Part shown: positions 61,390 through 64,000 of the stretch, in pieces
Numbering within the stretch: position 1 is the first letter of the stretch
How the letters are laid out: the number at the start of each line of letters is the position of its first letter
NCBI GenBank assembly: GCA_017503865.1
Contig: JAFVSI010000063.1
Coordinates: forward strand, 10,393 to 74,392
DNA: 64,000 bases
Direction of reading: 5' to 3'
Source: Clostridia bacterium
GTDB lineage: Bacteria; Bacillota; Clostridia; Oscillospirales; CAG-272
Notes under the pieces: generated by a model
What the model was told of the DNA's origin: nothing
The model's input: only the letters and a program-made list of their open reading frames with translations
Databases searched by the model: none
Translations under genes and position numbers: made by a program

Positions 61390-62529
61390 TTATAGATTGT
61401 GCATAAGGAGGAACTGGTTGCTGATGCATTTAAAACTTGTTGTGTTGTCGTGATCTCGGATTACCAATCCTTCGCGCAGCGTGTCGCAAAGAACTGATTT
61501 ACCGTCCGCAAACTGAATCATATCGTTTACGGTTGGAAGCAAGATAAAGTTTTCATCGAGGATTGGCACCCACTTGATACCGAATTCCTTAACGATGTTG
61601 ATAGCCTCTGTGCTATCAATCTTTTTGCCATCAACAACAAGGTTGAATGCATAGAAGTCTCTGCCGGTCAAACCGTACTTATTCTTCTGGATTGACTCGC
61701 CGATTGTTTCTCCTTGAAGCACTACTGTCGTCGCGTTATATCTCTCAAGTATCGTCATCAAGACACTCTTAATGTTGTACTTATTCGACATCTCGTGATA
61801 GACATTATCTTCGTAGAAACACTTTTGATTGATGTCAGCCTGTCGAACGTTACGAGAGCACACTGCGAAGTCGTATTTTCTTTTCTTTTCTTTTCTTAGA
61901 CCGAAGCTCGTTGATGTACCGTCAAGCTTTTCGGTGACAACCATCGGCTTGTCCTTGAAAGTCTCAAGAACGAACGGCATATTCTGCAAACGAGTTTCGT
62001 CAGTCTTCACGATCCAATCGGGGAAGCCTTTCGCTTTCTTCTTAGGGATGAAGAACTTGAACATAAGCTTTCTTAACCAAGTATATTTCATCATATACCT
62101 GATAAGCTTGTTGTTATATAGTTTTTTATGTTGCTGTTTGAAACGAGTCATCTGGTCTACGGGTTTAGCCTTCGGTACATCGTCCTCAATCTGGGTGATT
62201 TTCAAAACCGAAGTAACGTCGTCGCCAATGTTGTAGTCCGGGAAGGGAAGAATACCCATCGGGAAAACAATTCCCTGAGAAATCACGCCCTTCATCTTCA
62301 TTGTCTTAATCTTGTAATGCTTCTTTTCGAGGAAAGCAAAGTCGGGATTATCCTTGTCTACAATACTGTCGATTTCTATGTAAACGCACGGCTCGCCTAC
62401 TTGGAACTCGTCCTTTTTGGCGATACACTGCCATCCGAGGACACCGACAAGCTCGATCCTGTCGGCACCCTCAATAGGCTTCTTCCAGACGATTTGTTCA
62501 ACATGAGCTAAAGCTCTTGCCATAACCAA
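61390..62529 (-). CDS. ATP-dependent RNA ligase, DRB0094/Rnl5-like family
   Basis: N-terminal OB-like block (GADRIELVGVLGWQCIAKKDEFQVGEPCVYIEIDS) and nucleotidyltransferase motif I EKLDGTS. Confidence 0.7.
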   Translation of the reverse strand: MVMARALAHVEQIVWKKPIEGADRIELVGVLGWQCIAKKDEFQVGEPCVYIEIDSIVDKDNPDFAFLEKKHYKIKTMKMKGVISQGIVFPMGILPFPDYNIGDDVTSVLKITQIEDDVPKAKPVDQMTRFKQQHKKLYNNKLIRYMMKYTWLRKLMFKFFIPKKKAKGFPDWIVKTDETRLQNMPFVLETFKDKPMVVTEKLDGTSTSFGLRKEKKRKYDFAVCSRNVRQADINQKCFYEDNVYHEMSNKYNIKSVLMTILERYNATTVVLQGETIGESIQKNKYGLTGRDFYAFNLVVDGKKIDSTEAINIVKEFGIKWVPILDENFILLPTVNDMIQFADGKSVLCDTLREGLVIRDHDNTTSFKCISNQFLLMHNL

Positions 62530-62545
62530 ATCTCCTTTATGTTTT

Positions 62546-63664
62546 TTATGTGGTGGGAACTACGATGGTTGCGGAACTGTCCGTCATAACATTGGGAAGC
62601 TCGCCGTCCCACTTAGCGAGATACTCCATATACTTGAGGTAATCGGTGATGACTGCAATCTCTTCAGCCGTCTTACCCTCGAAGTCGATTACGTACTCGA
62701 TAGAAGTGGTACCGTCTTCATTGGTAATGGTGGTTTCGTTGATTGTAAAGCCGAGAGTTCTTGCAATCTCGATAGACTTAAGCTGAATAGCCTGAGCCTC
62801 GGCACGAGCAACCTCAACCTGTGCCTCACGGTCAGCCTGTGCCGCAATCAGCTTGGCTTCTGCCTGTGCCTTTGCGATCTCAATCTGAGCCTGCGCTTCC
62901 TTGAGTTTAGCCTGAGCTTCGCCCTCTGCCTTCTGTACGGCTGCCTTAGCCTCTGCCTCGGCGGCAGCGATCTTTGCAGCATTTTCATATTCCGCACGGA
63001 GCTGGTTCTGCTCGGCAATCATCTTATCTTCGACAGCGGTTTCAAATGCGTCGGAGAAATCAATGTTGGTTAATACTACGGTTGCAATTGTGACGTGGTA
63101 ATTATCTGCAATTGCGTTCTTGATTGCTTCCTCGACCTTCGGGGACATTGAAGCTCTGTCAGAGATAATGTCCATAGCCTTGTAAGAGGAAAGAACAGAC
63201 TTGGTCTTCTCAATTGCAATAGACTGAATTCTGCTCTGAAGAATTGCGAGAGAACCGTACTGTTTTGCGATGTCGATAACCTTATCGTTCATAATCTGAT
63301 ACTGCAAAGTCATTGCAATATCCATCGTCTGTGCATCACTTGAATAAGCCGCCGTGGTAATCTCCACGTTCTGCACCTTTGCATCATAGCGGTCGTAGGT
63401 GTTAAGCATCCAGAAGTCGAAGTATGTACCTGCTGCCCTCGTTTCTTTTGCTTCACCTAAGTGTTTTACAACAGCCACCTCTCCGGTGTCTACTGTCCTG
63501 AAGCTAAAGGGAACGGTGAGGAAGAGAAGTGCCATAACGACAGCGACTACGACTCCCACAGTTCTGAGCTTCGTGTTGTCTTCGTTGTGATGATACACAG
63601 CGAAACCGATACCTCCAGCGCAAAGTGCTACAAAGAGGATACCCAAAATAATTGCGATTGCCAT
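62546..63664 (-). CDS. SPFH/band-7 (prohibitin/HflK-like) membrane protein with an Ala/Glu-rich coiled coil
   Basis: Two N-terminal TM helices. SPFH core (VDTGEVAVVKHLGE...TMDIAMTLQYQI...VVLTNIDFSDAFETAVE), then an AEAEAKAAVQKAEGEAQAKLKEAQAQ region. Confidence 0.85.
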   Translation of the reverse strand: MAIAIILGILFVALCAGGIGFAVYHHNEDNTKLRTVGVVVAVVMALLFLTVPFSFRTVDTGEVAVVKHLGEAKETRAAGTYFDFWMLNTYDRYDAKVQNVEITTAAYSSDAQTMDIAMTLQYQIMNDKVIDIAKQYGSLAILQSRIQSIAIEKTKSVLSSYKAMDIISDRASMSPKVEEAIKNAIADNYHVTIATVVLTNIDFSDAFETAVEDKMIAEQNQLRAEYENAAKIAAAEAEAKAAVQKAEGEAQAKLKEAQAQIEIAKAQAEAKLIAAQADREAQVEVARAEAQAIQLKSIEIARTLGFTINETTITNEDGTTSIEYVIDFEGKTAEEIAVITDYLKYMEYLAKWDGELPNVMTDSSATIVVPTT

Positions 63665-63755
63665 AATAGTTCCTTTCTTTTCTTTATGTAATTATATATA
63701 TAATCTCTTTCCCTTCGGCTAAAACTGCCTAAGTTTAAGAGTTGTTTTTGGGGAT

Positions 63756-64000
63756 TTAATGCTTTTTGAAAACGACGGACTGTCCCGCTTTGATTTTCCA
63801 ACACTGCAAACAGGTTGTGCAATCACCAGAACATTCGACCGCATCGGTCGGTATGATCCCCGTCTTTCCCTCATCCTTAAATCTGACGTATGCCACAGGA
63901 AGCCTGTAAGGATTGTCAATCTTGAAGTCGGCACCCCAAGCGCTGAACACAATATTGAGGTTCTGCGGAAGAGCTCCGTGGTCTTTTATGTATTCGTTCA
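63756..64000 (-). CDS. hypothetical protein, C-terminal part (5' end outside window)
   Basis: Frame is open to the window edge. Contains the C-terminal motif CSGDCTTCLQCW...VVFKKH. Confidence 0.5.
   Translation of the reverse strand, partial: NEYIKDHGALPQNLNIVFSAWGADFKIDNPYRLPVAYVRFKDEGKTGIIPTDAVECSGDCTTCLQCWKIKAGQSVVFKKH

Larger units (their letters stand above)
1..64000. mobile_element. temperate tailed-phage (prophage interior) genome segment
   Basis: Uninterrupted phage modules across the window: packaging, head, tail, DGR, holin, integrase/attP-like region, nucleotide metabolism, replication, recombination. No obvious host housekeeping genes. Confidence 0.85.

Overview
The whole window reads as one contiguous temperate siphovirus-type phage or prophage interior, probably from an anaerobic Firmicute. 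That host guess is inference from the gene content: class III RNR, an FTR-like redox protein, and CotH/LRR/B-repeat surface domains. All family calls are my reading of the supplied translations from motif memory; no searches were run.

Plus strand, 1-36.8 kb:
- Tail end of a tyrosine recombinase.
- Packaging genes (TerL), portal, scaffold/protease-like protein, capsid and connector genes.
- Tail tube, tape measure, Dit, and a Tal/fibre with a Peptidase_S74 chaperone.
- A 2225-aa receptor-binding protein whose last ~44 codons are the variable region of a diversity-generating retroelement (DGR).
- Two tandem avd-TR-RT cassettes, only the first of which has a cognate variable region in the window.
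- An LL-H-type holin.

Minus strand, 36.9-64 kb:
- Integrase with a consensus promoter and an attP-like intergenic region.
- A translationally coupled block containing a NADAR-like protein, an Arr-like mini ADP-ribosyltransferase and a YpsA-type SLOG protein.
- dUTPase, NrdD/NrdG with FTR-like and NrdH-like redoxins, a dNMP-kinase::DUF4406 fusion, and a ThyX-like protein.
- DnaE-type polymerase, primase-helicase, Cas4-like nuclease, SSB, ERF, HD hydrolase and a second NADAR.
- An accessory block: lipoprotein, membrane protein, a second tyrosine recombinase, orphan MazF, RNA ligase and an SPFH protein.

Most notable observations:
- The orphan second DGR cassette.
- The NAD/ADP-ribose-centred gene cluster.
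- A recurrent GTCTAAATATGG box in promoters and leaders.
- A shared WE(E/S)MIL(N/E)G peptide motif in three small proteins.
- The MazF / RNA ligase adjacency.
- A primase zinc finger with no canonical start codon.
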